A DNA stretch of 63,617 bases, filler included, from Kipferlia bialata (taxonomy: Eukaryota), in NCBI GenBank assembly GCA_003568945.1. It is 4 parts of 4 records of this genome, joined end to end, with 100 filler letters (N's around TTAATTAATTAA, not from the genome) between each part and the next. Parts side by side here need not be neighbours in the genome. Positions count along the whole stretch, not along the records: positions 1 to 22,443 come from BDIP01000293.1; 3 more parts are not named here. One strand, written 5' to 3'. The notes below the pieces were generated by a model. It saw only the letters and a list, made by a program, of their open reading frames with translations. It had not been told where the DNA came from and did no database searches. Below are positions 1-13,600 of the stretch, piece by piece. Position numbers and translations under genes: made by a program. The stretch's first letter is position 1. Each line of letters begins with the position of its first letter.

Positions 1-54
1 TATAGGTATAGGTATAGGTATAGGTATAGGTATAGGTATAGGTATAGGTATAGG
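1..54 (+). repeat. (TATAGG)9 hexamer microsatellite, probably intronic
   Basis: Perfect TATAGG tandem at the contig start, upstream of the acceptor at 171. Confidence 0.9.
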
Positions 55-171
55 TGGACACTGTGTGTGCATTGTGTATGTTCCCAGGGTTGCGTCTATC
101 TATCTATCTATCTATCTATCCATCCGTCCATCCATCTGTATATCTAGACAGGCCGGTGTGTCTGACCCCAG

Positions 172-1358
172 GGCGTGAGCACTGCTTCCAGCCTGTGTCG
201 CAGTATGACATGAGGGTGGGGGCCCAGGTGGTGCCAGGCCTCGACTTCGACTGGGACAACCAGGACCAGGGGCATGTGGGGACACTCAAGAGAGAGGTGC
301 GGCATGGGTGTATGTGGGGGGGTGTCTATCTACACCTACATCTACGTCTACACCTATCTGACATGACAGGGTGAGCTCGGGATGGCCGTGGTCCACTGGA
401 GGGGCCGGAGACAGGAGGAGCTATTCCAGTACAAGGTGACATATATCGGGAGACATGTATATCAAATCCCAGTATCATTTGTTCTTTTGCATAGTCATAT
501 CATTCATATTCATTTGTGCACAACATTCCACAGGCCGTCGGTTTATTGTTAATTGTATATGTATATATGTATGTATACATCTATGTATATGTATAGAGTG
601 CTGTGTCCACCCCCTCTCTAGGTATATGACCCTGGTACCTCACCCCAGGTCGGAAAGGACAGGGTGTACGAGCTCTTCTACTACTGGTGAGTGGATGAGG
701 GGATGAGTGTATACTCTAGTGTCAGTCGAGTATAATGGTCCTTAGAAGTGCTGATGATATTATTGTATGTATAATATGCTGTTTTACAATTGAGTCCGCG
801 TATATATATATATATATGTGTGTGTGTATACATGGATGGGTGTGTCTGACCCCTGACCCCATAGCCATGTGGTCACCATGCACAACTTCATCAAGGGTGC
901 TCCTGTGGTGAGGGGTCCCTCCTGGAGATGGGGCAACCAGGTCGGGGGATATCTATTTGTGCTATACATATGGGGGGTTGCTGAAGAATATGTTTCGGCC
1001 GTGATTAGTCCGGTCAGTGTGAGCATCCCCCCTCTAGGGTATCACACTACTGCATATCCCACATCGTATGCGTATATCCACCCGTCCCACTCGTGATGCT
1101 GTTTCCTCTATCTCTGTACCGATGTATATATACCGATGTATATATACCGATGTATATATATGGCGGTGTGCATGCTGACCCCAGGATGGCAATGGAGAGG
1201 GGGTGCTCGATCAGCTAGATGCTGATGGGTGGTGCTGGGTGCTCTGGAACCACTCCAGGGAGAGGAACAGATACCGGATCGGGGGCTCTGCCTCTCACAG
1301 CAAGTATGACATAGCGTATGCAGACACACCAGCTTTCTGCACCGGAGTCAGCCAGTGA
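172..1358 (+). CDS. Tandem MIB/HERC2-domain protein, 3' part (5 exons visible, 5'-truncated)
   Basis: Spliced exons give RVGAQVVPGLDFDWDNQDQGHVGTL..GMAVVHW..FQYKVGKDRVYEL and GAPVVRGPSWRWGNQDGNGEGVL..GWCWVLW..RNRYRIG..KYDI. Both match the MIB/HERC2 consensus (VVRGPDWKWGDQDGG..W..YR.G..YDL). TGA at 1356-1358. Confidence 0.85.
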
Positions 1359-1713
1359 GGCAGAGGGCGGAGAGGGGGTTGTGTGGCCATGGTGGTACAA
1401 TAGAGAGAGAGAGTCGAGACCGTCATGAGAATCATTATCAGTATCAGTGTCACACAAGTGCATCTATGATCATAATAATCATAGACCTATAGACATAGAC
1501 TGCAATACATAGCTGGCTATCTATTCTGAATCTGATGACTGTCATGTGGTTGGAACTATTATACATATATACTACTTTAACTGAATACAAGTTCATTCAA
1601 TTCATACAACACCAGCAAGGGCATATACCAGACAAGGCCATGCATTGTCAAACAGGGGATCTGAGCACCAGGTCCGTTTGTGCTGATACGCTAATGGATC
1701 ACACATAGGTACG

Positions 1714-4700
1714 CTAGTCCATACATAGGACGGGCACATACCGGTTACCATTACCGTCCTCATACACATAGACCACACTGGGCCCTGCATCTCCTGTGCC
1801 GGACTTGGCCTGTATAGGATATAGGGGGGGATGTGACTCACCCGCGGAGTCCGGGACGACATCAGGCCCCTCCCCTTTAGCCCCACCGGCATCTGCACCC
1901 TCTGTCGCTGCCTCTCTCTCTGTCTCTGTCTCTCTCTCTGTCTCTGTCTCTGCTGCATGCCTACTGCCAACACCGGGGGCCACAGGGGACAGCCGCAGGG
2001 ATGTCTGTGTCTCAGACTCTACCTCACCCTCTATCTCCCCCTCTCTCTGCCTGCCGGTCTCTCCGATATCCCCAGGCATGCCTGGAGGCATGTCAGTGGG
2101 TCTATCTTCCACCAAGCGCTCACGGCTGGATTGAGTGACAGATTGTACAGATTGTACAGATTGTGTGACGGGGACAGTGCGTGCCTTCCCCCAAGACCCT
2201 AGTCTGTCTGTGCCCCTTGGCCTTTCTCTCTCTCTCCCCCTCTCCCTCCTACCAATGTCCGGCTGCCCAGTCCCCCCCAGGTGTTTATCCACCACACTCA
2301 GCAGGGACCACATCCCAGGGGACCGGGCCCTGTCCCTCCCCTCTCTCTCTCTGACGGGGGGGTCACCAGTGGTTATGTTGGCCAGACCTCTGCCGTTCCT
2401 CTGGTATCCTCTGGTCCCTGCCTTGCCGCTGCCCCTTGCCATGGGGTTCCGTCGCCCTCCCTTTCCCCCCTTTCCTCCCCTGACCCTTCCACCTCTGCCC
2501 CGGGTATCCTGTGTGTATGTTATGTCGGTACCAGTATCAGTATCAGTATCAGGGTCGGTAGATGTTGTGGGAACTGAACGCAATCCTTGGTGCCTCTCTC
2601 CCTCTGTCTCTGTCTCAGCCTCACCCCTGTCTGTCTGCACATCAATCCCAGCCGGCTGTGACGCCTCTCCCTCTCCCCGGGCAACTGTCTCTCTTCCAAC
2701 AGAACCAACATCCTCTGATACACCAAGACCCTGCCCAGCTCTGTCAACTCTCTCTCTCTCTCCACTACCCCCAACACACGCTTCAACTGTCTCATCTTGG
2801 TATGTATCTGACCTACACGCTTGTGCAGAGCTCTGGACAAGAATCTCAGTGGCCGTCCCCGATCTGTCTTTGTGTGCCGTGGGGCCATATCCAGTACATC
2901 CAGTATATCCAGAGCAAGGAGGAGTACCACTAGTATCACTGTGAGTACCAAGGTCTCTCTCCCTCTCTCCCTCTCTCTCTTGACTTTGGAGCTGGACATG
3001 ACTATGGACACCACGCCCAGCCCCAGTGCACACACCATCATGGCTGCTGGTATCAGTATCTAGTATGGTAACCTGGTCCTGGGCCCCATTGGCACTGACA
3101 CTGACACTGATTGAGCCATCGGTGGGGGGGGAGGCAGCAGCGGTTGTGATGTCAGTGCCGGACGGGGGGCAGGTAGACACAGACTGCACTGCCGGGGGGG
3201 AGGGAGAGGGTGCCCCATGCCCATGGGACCTGACCCCACAGACACCACTGCTGATGGGGTTGATAGGGTTGACAGGGTTGGTAGGGTTGGTAGGGTGGAC
3301 CTCTAGGGCAGACAGCGCCCGCCATCCCCTGTCTGATACTGATACTGGCCCAACCTGAGGGTCGGTGCACACACTGACGCTCCTGCTCCCCCTCCCACCA
3401 TGGTTGGACACCCGACCAGCCTCCATCCCTGTGCTGTATTGATTGTATTGACTCTGGGGGAGAGAGTCAAGAGAGGGAGCCCCGGCATCACACCCGTCCC
3501 CACAGACAGCATACGCTGGGACTACCTGCACAGGACCAGTATCTGATGGACCGTGATACACCCCAGCCACAGCCAAGTCGGTATGGACGGGGGCAGAGCC
3601 ATTGTATCTACCAGATGGCACTGGTCCGTGCATGGATGGGTGCCTGGATGTGGACACAGAGACAGAGGCACTTGGGGTGCTAGTGGGTACCCACCTCTGT
3701 CCCACACCCTGCCCATGAGTGGGAGTGTCTCTGACTCCGGTGCTGGGGGCACTGCTGCCCCACTGGCACTCCCCACACTGACACGCACTGGGCATGGCCT
3801 GGCCCATAGACACCATAGACACCATCGACCCCTGCCCCGTATGCGCCCCGCCATCATGGGGGTCCGACCCTGCACCCCTCCCACTTGCACTTGCACCCAG
3901 GCCCCTCTCCCTCTCCCTCTCCCTCTCCAGGCGCTCCAGTCTCTCGGCCATCTGTCTCACCACCTGCCTCAACTCATCGCCCCTGAGATCTGGTCCGTGG
4001 GGCGTGGGGTCCCTGCCGGGATGTGACAGAGGGGGTCCCGAGTCTGGGGTACTATACCCATTATTATTATTATGCACCTGCCTGTCGGTGCCTAAGGGTC
4101 CATGGGCCACAGACCCCAGGCCAGGATGGGAGGGGGGGGCAGATGATACAGATGAGGCATGAGGAAGTACAGACCCACGGTGTGTCCCGCCACTACTACT
4201 GAGACTCAGCCCGTACTGGGGGGACACCGCTGTCCTCAGGGGGGACCAGTAGGAGTAGGGCACACACTGCTCGGTGGTACCTGCACCTGGCTCCTGAGTC
4301 TGTCCTGGCCTGCCACTGAGTCCCCTCCACTCAGTCCACTCAGTCCGGTGGGGCTGTCTATGTGGCCATCCACTCCCACCCCCGTACTGGGGGGCAGTGT
4401 AGGTAGCCCTCTGCGTGTCACTAGGGGACTCGGTATTTGGTGGTACACCCACCCTGCCCCCCTCTAGACCCTCTTGAGATGTGCTGCGGGATGTGTCTGG
4501 GCAGGGCTGCCCCTTGTCAAGCACCTTGACCTTCCTTGACCGCTGGCTGGTGTGTACCTTATCTTGTATATCGGTGTATATCTGGGAAAGCATGGCCCTT
4601 AGAGGCAGTACACTCTCGTGCTCTCTCTCCTGGGTTCCCTGACTCTCTCTCTCTCTCTCTCTACTCTGCACTTGTGTACCGGACTGTCTCCCCATGCCCT

Positions 4701-6631
4701 CTCTCTCCCTCTTTCTCTCCCCATGCCCCCTATCCCCATGCGTCCCTTGAGTATTGATATTGGTGTTGATATTGGTGTTGAGGGTCTGGCCAGAGCCAGA
4801 CAGAGGGGAGTCAGGGGAGAGAGGCTGTGGGCCTCTAGACCGATACATCATGGCTGACTGACGAGACTGAGACTGAGACTGAGGGGGGCCAAGGGATGCG
4901 AGGGTGAGGTACCCAGGGGTATTGTCAACCCCTGACATGGGCCTGTCGACATCCCTTGTATGCAGTCCCACACCACTGATGTACCCACCACCACTCGCAT
5001 GCATATCAGTCACTGCCCTGTCAGCCCCAGGCTCGGATGGTGGTGGGGATGGGTACGGATGTATGTACTGACCCTTAAGGTCACGATGTGGCGACACTGG
5101 ACCACTACTACCAACACGTCCGGATCCACGGAATCTAACCCTGCCCCCACTCCCAAGGATACTGTGTGTATCATGACCCTGTGTGTCTCTGTTTGTGCCA
5201 CTGTGTCTCATAGATACAGTCAGGGAGGGGGGCAGGGGGGCACCCCCAACCACAATGCGCCCGTCGACGTTGCACCGCTGGACGTGCCCCCCTCTCAACA
5301 CCGCAGAGAGCAGCCCAATACTCTCGGGGCCCCAACACTCAGACTCACTCGTCTGGGAGGAGCCTCTGACGGATCGACAGGGGGACACAGAGGATGACAC
5401 ACACAGCATGGAGAGGGGCCGGCAGCGCTGTTGCAGCCCCTCGCAGATTGCCCTCAGACCCCTTCCGCCACAGTAGACACCCTCCAGGGACAGGCGCTGC
5501 AGATAGTGGTTCAGGGGCAACGCAAGTGCAATCTGAGCCAGTCCGGCATCGGTGACTGTGTTGGGGGAAGGGGGGGTCTTGTAAGCAGGGAGGGGAGGGG
5601 ACAGCGAGACAGCGAGGGGGGAGCATGCACTGGCCAGCACACTGCAGAGATACTCCTCACTCTCTCGGGACTCGGGACTCCTACCGTGACCATTCCCGAT
5701 GTCTAGAGAGAGCAGTCTAGGGTCGGAACGCAGATACTTGGCTGGGGTAAAGAATATCATGGAAACTGTTATGCTTTTCATAAATATATGCTGCCGCTGG
5801 AAGGGAATATATATATATATATATAGTATGATGAGACCACAGATTCATATAGATATATATATATATATATAACGACACTTAGATAGTACAAAATCGCCTG
5901 AGACACGTTTCACAGACTGATATAGAACTACCATCCACAATCAACTAGAAGACTTGTATGAGCACACCTATAGCTGATGCCCCTACATCACTCAGACCAA
6001 CGGCTGTTAGACTGAGGCTTCTTAGCTGAAGGTCTGGCCCCGTGTGACTGGTCAGAGCCTCGGCAAGCATAGCTACTCCCCGATCCCCCAGGGGGTTCTG
6101 CCCCACATCAAGCACTCTGAGGCGAAATAGAACGGCAGGATACTGGGAAAACGCGCCTATGAAACGATGGGTGAGGGAATTGCCTGGGAGTTAACCAGAA
6201 CAGTCCCAATTACTAAATACATCAATACCATATTCATGTCGAGAACAATTACCCAATAGAACAAACCTTGAAGGTGTAGGGCGGACACTGGTTCTGACAC
6301 AGCGGAACCCGAGAGCACAGACAGAGCTGTGCATATATGTGTGTCATACGGATGGTCGGCATCATCATCATCCACATCTGGTGACTCTGCGGAGCCACGG
6401 AAGATGAAGGGGGCAGTAAACGAGACACCTAACCCACCAGATGGGGATCCAGGAAGTGACACATACGTGGGACTGTCAAGGAGGCCAGAAATACTGTGTA
6501 AATCGGTTGTGTCTCACTAAAACACAGGTTTGTACTGAAATACTATATATCTCATCATCCACATACACTGAGTTGGGAGTGAGGCCTCTCTGTCCGCACT
6601 GGTCCAAATAAGCCTCTCCCAATGGGCCCAT
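1714..6631 (-). CDS. RNI-like leucine-rich-repeat protein with a >1100-aa low-complexity C-terminal tail (4 exons)
   Basis: ATG 6631 (MGPLGEAYLDQCGQRGLTPNS). Spliced LRRs: LRVLDVGQNPLGDRGVAMLAEAL, LRSLSLTAVGLSDVGASAIAKYL, LQRLSLEGVYCGGRGLRAICEGL. The terminal exon 1714-5741 is most of the 1355-aa ORF. Confidence 0.85.
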
Positions 6632-6895
6632 TCCCAGTCCCTAGAGAATACGCAGTAACAGTGAGAGAGCCTTGGAATAGAGATTAGACTTGTAGGCCTA
6701 AGCTTACTTCGCTCAGTGAAGTTCACTGAAGAGTCATTTTTAAGATTTAGTTAGAATACTATTTGAGAGAGATTTTTAGCCTTTTTGTCATGGTATATTT
6801 GAATTAGCCTCCTCATACCATCATATCTCACAGTACTCTTTCTTTGCTAGTTGTTCATTGATAACTTGTCAATGAATAGAGAGTTTTTCGGCTAC

Positions 6896-7177
6896 ATGAC
6901 TAAGGTACTAATATATGTATGTTAGAACAGGTGAGCAATCTTTGTGTATCTGATGACTGACAGTAGGTGGGTGAGGACGAACCCCTGTCCTACTCAGAGG
7001 CTTTGCCAGTCATAGAGTCATTTGTGGCAGACTATCCCGCAGATGAGACAGCAAAGGGAGGTATGGAGATTTAGTCTTCGATATCCCTTACCCACTTGAT
7101 CTCACACAGCTCTTCTTAGTGCCCTTATTGAGAATGTGAAGTATGAGGTTCAGACCAACCCTTCCTCCTGTGACTAG
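6896..7177 (+). CDS. 60-aa three-exon microprotein (exons 6896-6916, 6967-7060, 7110-7177)
   Basis: GTATGT..CTGACAGTAG and GTATGG..CTCACACAG introns splice in frame to MTKVLIYVGEDEPLSYSEALPVIESFVADYPADETAKGALLSALIENVKYEVQTNPSSCD*. Absent from the ORF track. Confidence 0.65.
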
Positions 7178-7671
7178 ACTCTATTCTAGAGGTTGTTGAC
7201 ACCCTCTATTCTCCGTCACATTCGGTAATCATTGACGGGAGGTCTATTTCTCTTTGTGTCATTTTGTCTGGGTGATTGTTCTTTGTCTTTACCCATAAAT
7301 CAATATATATGGTCGTTTATCGAATTGGCATGTTGATTCCGTCATTCTTCTAAATAATGGTAGTGCACCCAGTGTCTTGGACCATATCCTACTGAGGAGA
7401 CATCCAGGGCCTGGAATCCAGGCAGTCTGGACCAGCTCAGAGCTGAGGCTCTGTACAGATCCTAAGAAAGGGTTTATAGATGCATTTTTGTGATGTTGTT
7501 GGGTTCGAAAGAGTTGGTTGAAAGAGTCATTGATCTGTTTTCACCCCGGTCTGCGCTCAAGAAGACCAATTGGGCGTCTAGGGACGAAGTACTAGGGCCA
7601 CTAGCCTACTGGCACCCTTTCCCGACGCCTCAAAACGGAGTTGAAACGGAACAGAGAAAGGAATATCCGTA

Positions 7672-10600
7672 ATGGATGTTGCAGAGAGTGAGGACAGCGA
7701 TGGCTGGGAAATATCAGGTGGCCCTGAGCCCATGACTCCCGTAGCTAGGACTATATCGACTGATTCTCGCATCGAGATCACTGAGAAGCCTCTCGATCAG
7801 TCAGTACTGAACGACTTCTTTATGTCTAGTAGCCTCTTGGATGACGCCATGCCACTTCCTTATGATACGAGATCTCTCGTTCAGGGGTTGGACCAGGTCA
7901 TGGATGAGTATGGGGCACTGGGCTGGGGAGCCGGGAGTGATATATTCACCTCTGACCTTCTCTGTGAGATTGCGTCGCGGGTGGTGACCATGGACACCAA
8001 TACGGTGCCAGACGTCAGAGTTTATCTCTCTCAGTTCTCTCAACAGTTGCAGTTGGCTCTTATGGCGGCGGTTTCCGCATCCGACCACCCACACTCTGAA
8101 CAATGCGCAATCGAGAAGTATTGCCTGCCCCTCACCCACCTGTGTCACCATCCAGATCTTGCCGCTGGAATGGTTCCTACTGCCTCCCTGCTGGCAGCAC
8201 AGCTACCTATGATAGAGGGCCTTGTCAAGGGGGTGGTGTACGACTTCTTTGCCACCTTCTGCCGCACCGTCCCCCTCCTCGACCTGGCCCATGCCCTGGA
8301 GCCCAGGGACAGGCGCAGGGTGCCCGGCCTCTACTCCAGTCTCATAGCTGCGGGGGAGGGGTTCTTGGGTCCCCTGCAAACTGTGTCGCATCGTCTCACC
8401 TCCACCCCCAATGGCCCTGTGCTGCATCTGGTCAAGCCCTTGGCAAGAGACCTCGACCACGTGTGCCGGGCCCTGGTGGAGTGCCCCTCCCACGCGTGTG
8501 TGGTGTGTGGGTGGGGTACCATAGTGAGGCTTCTCACCTGCCCCACCCCCCTCCACTCGGTGTATGAGGCCCAGTCCGCCCTGACCGCACAGCTGGTGCA
8601 GGCCGGTCTGGGTATGATTGGGGTAGCCGCAGTGCAGGGGTGCCACCACGACGACCCTGTCTTCTGCAGCACAAGGGTGCCGGCCCTCCGGCTCCCAAGT
8701 CTCACTGGGTCAGAGGGTGACCAGCCCACTGCTCTCTTTCGTATGATTGCGGCTTTGTCTCTGAGGCCTAGGCGGCATCTGGATCACCCGAGTCCCCTCT
8801 CATTTCTGACCACCTCCTGCGTGTCTCCGCCCCAGACAGCTGTGTTCCAGCTCCACACCCAGACTGTCGGGGTGGTCCAGATGCTGCTGACGCTGCTTCT
8901 GGCCGGACCCGACGAGGTCTCGGCCACAGAGGCCCGTGGCTATGAGCTAGACACCCTCCCTGACCCCATGGCGTGTCCCTCCCCCGCCAGTCCCACCCTT
9001 CAGAGGCAGTGTGTGGCGGCCCTTCGACTCATCATGCTGGGCAATGGCGACAACGTGCGCCTTGTCAATGCATACAGCGGCAGGGTCGGGCAGCCCACGG
9101 TGCTCTACCTGCTGGCTCAGCAGCTGCCGAGGCTCTGCCCCCCAGCCCAGCAAGACCTGCTGTCTCTGTTCCTCTCTCTGTATGCCGAGGGGGCTGTGAC
9201 CCACAGGCTGCACGGCATCCAGCTGACCATGCACCATGGCCTAGCCGAAGTGGTGGCAGACCCCCGGCTTTCCCTTCCCATCAGACTGGGGCTGGTGCAT
9301 CTGCTGAGAGTGGTGTCGCAGGACCTTGCCTGTGCCGTTGTCACCACGGGTGCCCTTGCGCGTGTCCTGGAGAGCACGCTGGAGATGCCGGTGTATGCCT
9401 GTGATGCAGAGGGAGAAGGAGAGGGGGGCGAGGCGGATGCGGACTGTGGCACCCCTAGTAGTAGTCCCCTCTCCCCCTACCTGGATGCCGTGCTGTCCCT
9501 CTCCTCCTCCATTGTGACAGGCGGCACAGCCACGGCCGAGTTGATAGCCGAGTTCAACAAGGCGGACAAGGAGGGGGGGGCCTGTGCCTTGCGGGTGCTC
9601 TTTGCCTATGTCCAGCACGGGCCTCACCTAGCCCGCCTGCGCATCTTGGATGACCTCCCGTGTCTGGTTCCTGGCGCCACCAATGAGGTTGTGAGGCTCA
9701 TCCTGCGGGTGTTGCACGACTTTGGTGACATGACCTCCCCCTCTCTCTCCTCCCTCTTGGCTGCCCCCCCTGCGCCCTTTGGCCACAGCCCCACCCCCAC
9801 CCCCCACTCCTCGCACCTCCGAGACACCTCTCTGCTGGAGACCAGGCGTGTCATTGTGGACTGCCTGACCACTGTGTTGCTGAGGTCCGACTCCGTGTCC
9901 CCCGACCTCCCCGTCCTGTGTGTGTCCTGGGTCGAGGGGTTCATGGCCCTCATATCCCACTTCCTCAGGCCTGTCGTCGTATCACTCGACGTGTCCTCCA
10001 CCGCCACACTCTCCTCCCAGCCTCTCGACCCGGGCGCATGCCTCTCCTTCCTCTTAGCTCTCTTCCGCTACCTGACAGTAGTGCTGCGCCGCTTCTACGC
10101 CAGCGGAGAAGACTGCCCCTTGGCATTTGAGCCCCTCTCCGATGTGGTTGGGGTGGTGCTCTCCCAGACACACCGGTCGCAGGGCATCCAGGGCATCCAG
10201 GGCATCCAGGGCACTGGCACTGGGTGCGACGTTGACCTGTCTCTTGTCAACCGGGTGGTGGGGTCTCTTCTGGCCATGGGCACCAGGCACAGCAGGCCCA
10301 AGGGGACCCAGGCCCAGTGCCATAAGGGCTGGGAGTGCCCGCAGGGGCTGTATGCACCGGATGACCCCCCTATGCTGACTGTCGGAGACACGGTCAGCTT
10401 CCCTGCTGCCTATCTTGTTGCGGCTCGTGCCGTGTCTCAGGTTCTCGGTCTAACTGATACCGATACTGGTCACCCAGAGGCTACCCCATCAGCATCGTCG
10501 CCGTCCCACCCTGACGCTGACCCCTCCACACGTGAGTCACAGCCTGAAGGGCTATCCGGTGAGGAGGCGGGTGGAGGCTCTCTTTCCAGCCCTCTACAAC

Positions 10601-13600
10601 TCTATCTGGATGTCGTTTCATACTCGATAGCAAGGTCTAAGCACTCCGGGACCAACACTCCCCTCCTGGCCGGCCATGGTTTGTCGAGGTGTATGCTTGA
10701 GTCATTCACAGCTGTGCTTGTTGACAGCAGCAGGGATGGCTTCCAGGACACAGTGCGCTGTCTGACGTCTCTCTTAGCATGGCACACATCCCCAGCCGAC
10801 ATTCGCGTGCTCTCCCCCTTCCTCCAGCAGCACACCCACCTTGTGGAGCTCCTCTCCGCCGCCTCTATCTCCCGCCATGCCCCCCGCATGTGGACCACCC
10901 TTTCTAAGGGCGTGGCCCTCAAGGTGGGGCTGGCGGAGACCAAAGGGCCCCTGCTCTCCAGGGGTTGGGCCGTGGCCTCCTGGTGTCTGCCGGGGTCTGA
11001 TCCGTGCCGCATAGCAGAGATCCTGGGACCTGATGGGGAGTCCGAGCTGTGCGTGAGTGTACTCTCAACCCCGGATGTGTGTGTGCACGTCCAGACCAAG
11101 ACGGGGTCGGTGAAGATCCCTGTGCCCGATCTGATGCCGTATATCTGGGGGCACCTGACCGTGTCGTGTCACTCCGACCGAGACCAGCTGCTGGAGATAC
11201 CCAGGATGACTAGGCTGAGGGCCAACGCAGGATATCTACAGAAGCAGGGGGGGCCTCTGTACGGCGAGGGCACACCCGCTCTGACCAGAGTGGCGGTCAG
11301 GCCCGGGGAGATCCCCCAGGGTCGGCAGTGTGTGATAGCGGTGTATCTCTGTGGTGTCCTAGTCAATATGGCGTGGCTCCCTGTGTCCAGGGGCGTTGTG
11401 GGCCGGGTGTCCGTGCTGTGTGGCGGCAGTCTCTCCCCCTCCCGCCCCATGCCCGTGTCCCTGGGCAGGACCGAGGTGTATGCCGAGTCCCTGACTGCAG
11501 AGCATGTGTGGTCGCTGTACCTCCGGTCCCCCCATGACCTGGGGTCTGCTGCGTCTAGCGACGTGTCGGTGTTCCCAGGTGCCATCCACTGGCAGACCGC
11601 CACGGAGACGGACAAGGACGGGTGCTTCTGCCTGACCCCCTACGCCCTGTTCCATCCCAACGAGGCCAAGGACGGCAGAAAGGGGACGGACGGGCTGGGT
11701 GCCGCTCTCCTCGTCCAGTACACCCCCCAGCTCAATGGCACCCCCCAGCTCAGTGGCACTGCCGGCAGCAAGGACATGCGGCATGCGGCAGACCGGAGCC
11801 TGGGTGCGGCCCTTGTCCATTCCCATGCCGGGTTTGTCGTGGGGACCGAGGTGACGCTGCACGGACCTGCCCGACGGAACAAGGCCTCAGGGAAGACCAA
11901 GGCCCTGCCACCTCTCGAGTCCCTGGTGGACGTGGTCACGAAGTGCCCCCCCGGCATAGCCATGCTGCACTCGAGGGGGGAGGAGCTGCTGCTGCTCTAT
12001 GTGGAGGCCGCCCTGCACGCAAGGTAGTGACTGGTGTAAGTGTTGTCTCTGGCTGTGTTCATATTGTATTATTATATATATTTGTATTATGTACTTCGTA
12101 TTCATTCCCACCCCAGTGACTGTAAGCACGCCGCTGCTCTGCTTCGGCTCCTTCTGTCGCTGTGTGCCTCTGATGTCCAATTCTATCAGCGGTTCCTGAC
12201 TGTGCACGGCCACGCAGGTATGTTGGATAGTCGCACTACTCAAGCGTGTGACCACCGTCAGTCTCTCTCTCTGTTCTCCCCCATATTGTGTGTCTTATAC
12301 TAGGAGTCCTGGCCGTCATCCGAGACAACGCAGCCTGTGTGCAGCCTATCCTGGTCGATGCTGTGTTCGGAGGTCTCGGGGTGAGGCCCACCAACAGCTG
12401 CACCCCGGAATCGGTCCCGGTGCAGGTAGGAGCATCATTCTCCCTCTCTCCCTCCGTCTCTTCCGTCCCACATCCTCACTCACTCCCAGGATCTGGACGG
12501 CAAGGAGGTTCGCGTGACCGGGTATCTGCGAGACCTCAAGGGCATTCGGACCTGGCTGGGGGACCTGTCCTGTTGGACTGACGCCCCAGTCGAGACCCAG
12601 GCCCGGGTGCTGGTGCTCATCACAGGGGCAGCCCGGTTCTGCCCCTCCAACCTGGGCATCCTCAGGGCCAGGGGCAGCAGGGGCGTGTGGCACGCTCTGC
12701 TGGACGCCGCATCCGGCAATGACAGGCTGGTGCCTGTGTTCAAGGACCCCGTGCTACGTCCCCTGGTGATGGCGTGCCTCGATGCGGTGGGACCCCCGTC
12801 ATGGGGTAGCTGGGGCGGGGCTGGGGTCACCGCCAGGGCTAGCGTCGACATTGCCGCTGCCTTCGGGGGTGCTCTGCTGCCCCTGGTCTACTGCTGCGAC
12901 AACAGCCTGCCCTCGTCTCCGATGGGGGGGGCTCCCTTCGCTGCCGAGGCGTCAGTGTCAGAGACTATGTCCGACACAATGCGGCAGGGCGGGTACCTCC
13001 CCTTGTCCTCTCCACCCATGTCGTCCGTGGGTGTGCCGGAACTAGCCCTCTCAGCGTCAGCTCACTCTGGCGGATATGGCCTACGCTATGCTGTTTATGA
13101 CTGGTTGGTGACTGTTATCGACGGGGCCGCCCAGAGCCCTATGGGACGCGAGGCACTTCGGGAGCTGTGTATTGCAGTGTCTGACGATGAGAAGCAGGTT
13201 CCCCCCATCCACATTCCAACTGTTGTCCACCTGCTCTCAGAGGACATCGGAGATGCCAGAATGCGAGCCTCGGCCCTGCGGCTCCTGTCGAGTGTGTTTA
13301 GTGCACTGCCCGGGACCTCAGACAACGTGGCCTCCCTCTCCGACCGGTTTGTGTCAGTGAAGGGCATGGACGTGGTGGCCCAGAGCATTCAGACCCTGCC
13401 CGAGGCTGCTGCCGCCCTCCAACTGGCCTTCGACCCTGCCTGTGTGCGCATATCACCCACCTGTGGGGTCAGCTACATGGCGCCGGTTGAGACAACCGTG
13501 CACGACGCATCCCACCAGACAGACACCCCCCGGGCCTGGATGAACCAGCCCCAGGCCCTGGTCGCAGTGGGGACAGCCATCCTTCGGCTGCTCAACAGCC

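Noticed and set aside
1..54. (TATAGG)n as a telomere
   Set aside because: The G-rich strand reads inward from a left end (wrong orientation), and the repeat lies just upstream of an internal exon of a truncated gene.
10180..10212. 9-bp coding repeat (QGIQGIQGIQG) in the BEACH gene as a collagen-like domain
   Set aside because: Only about four units; simple slippage like other coding microrepeats in this genome.
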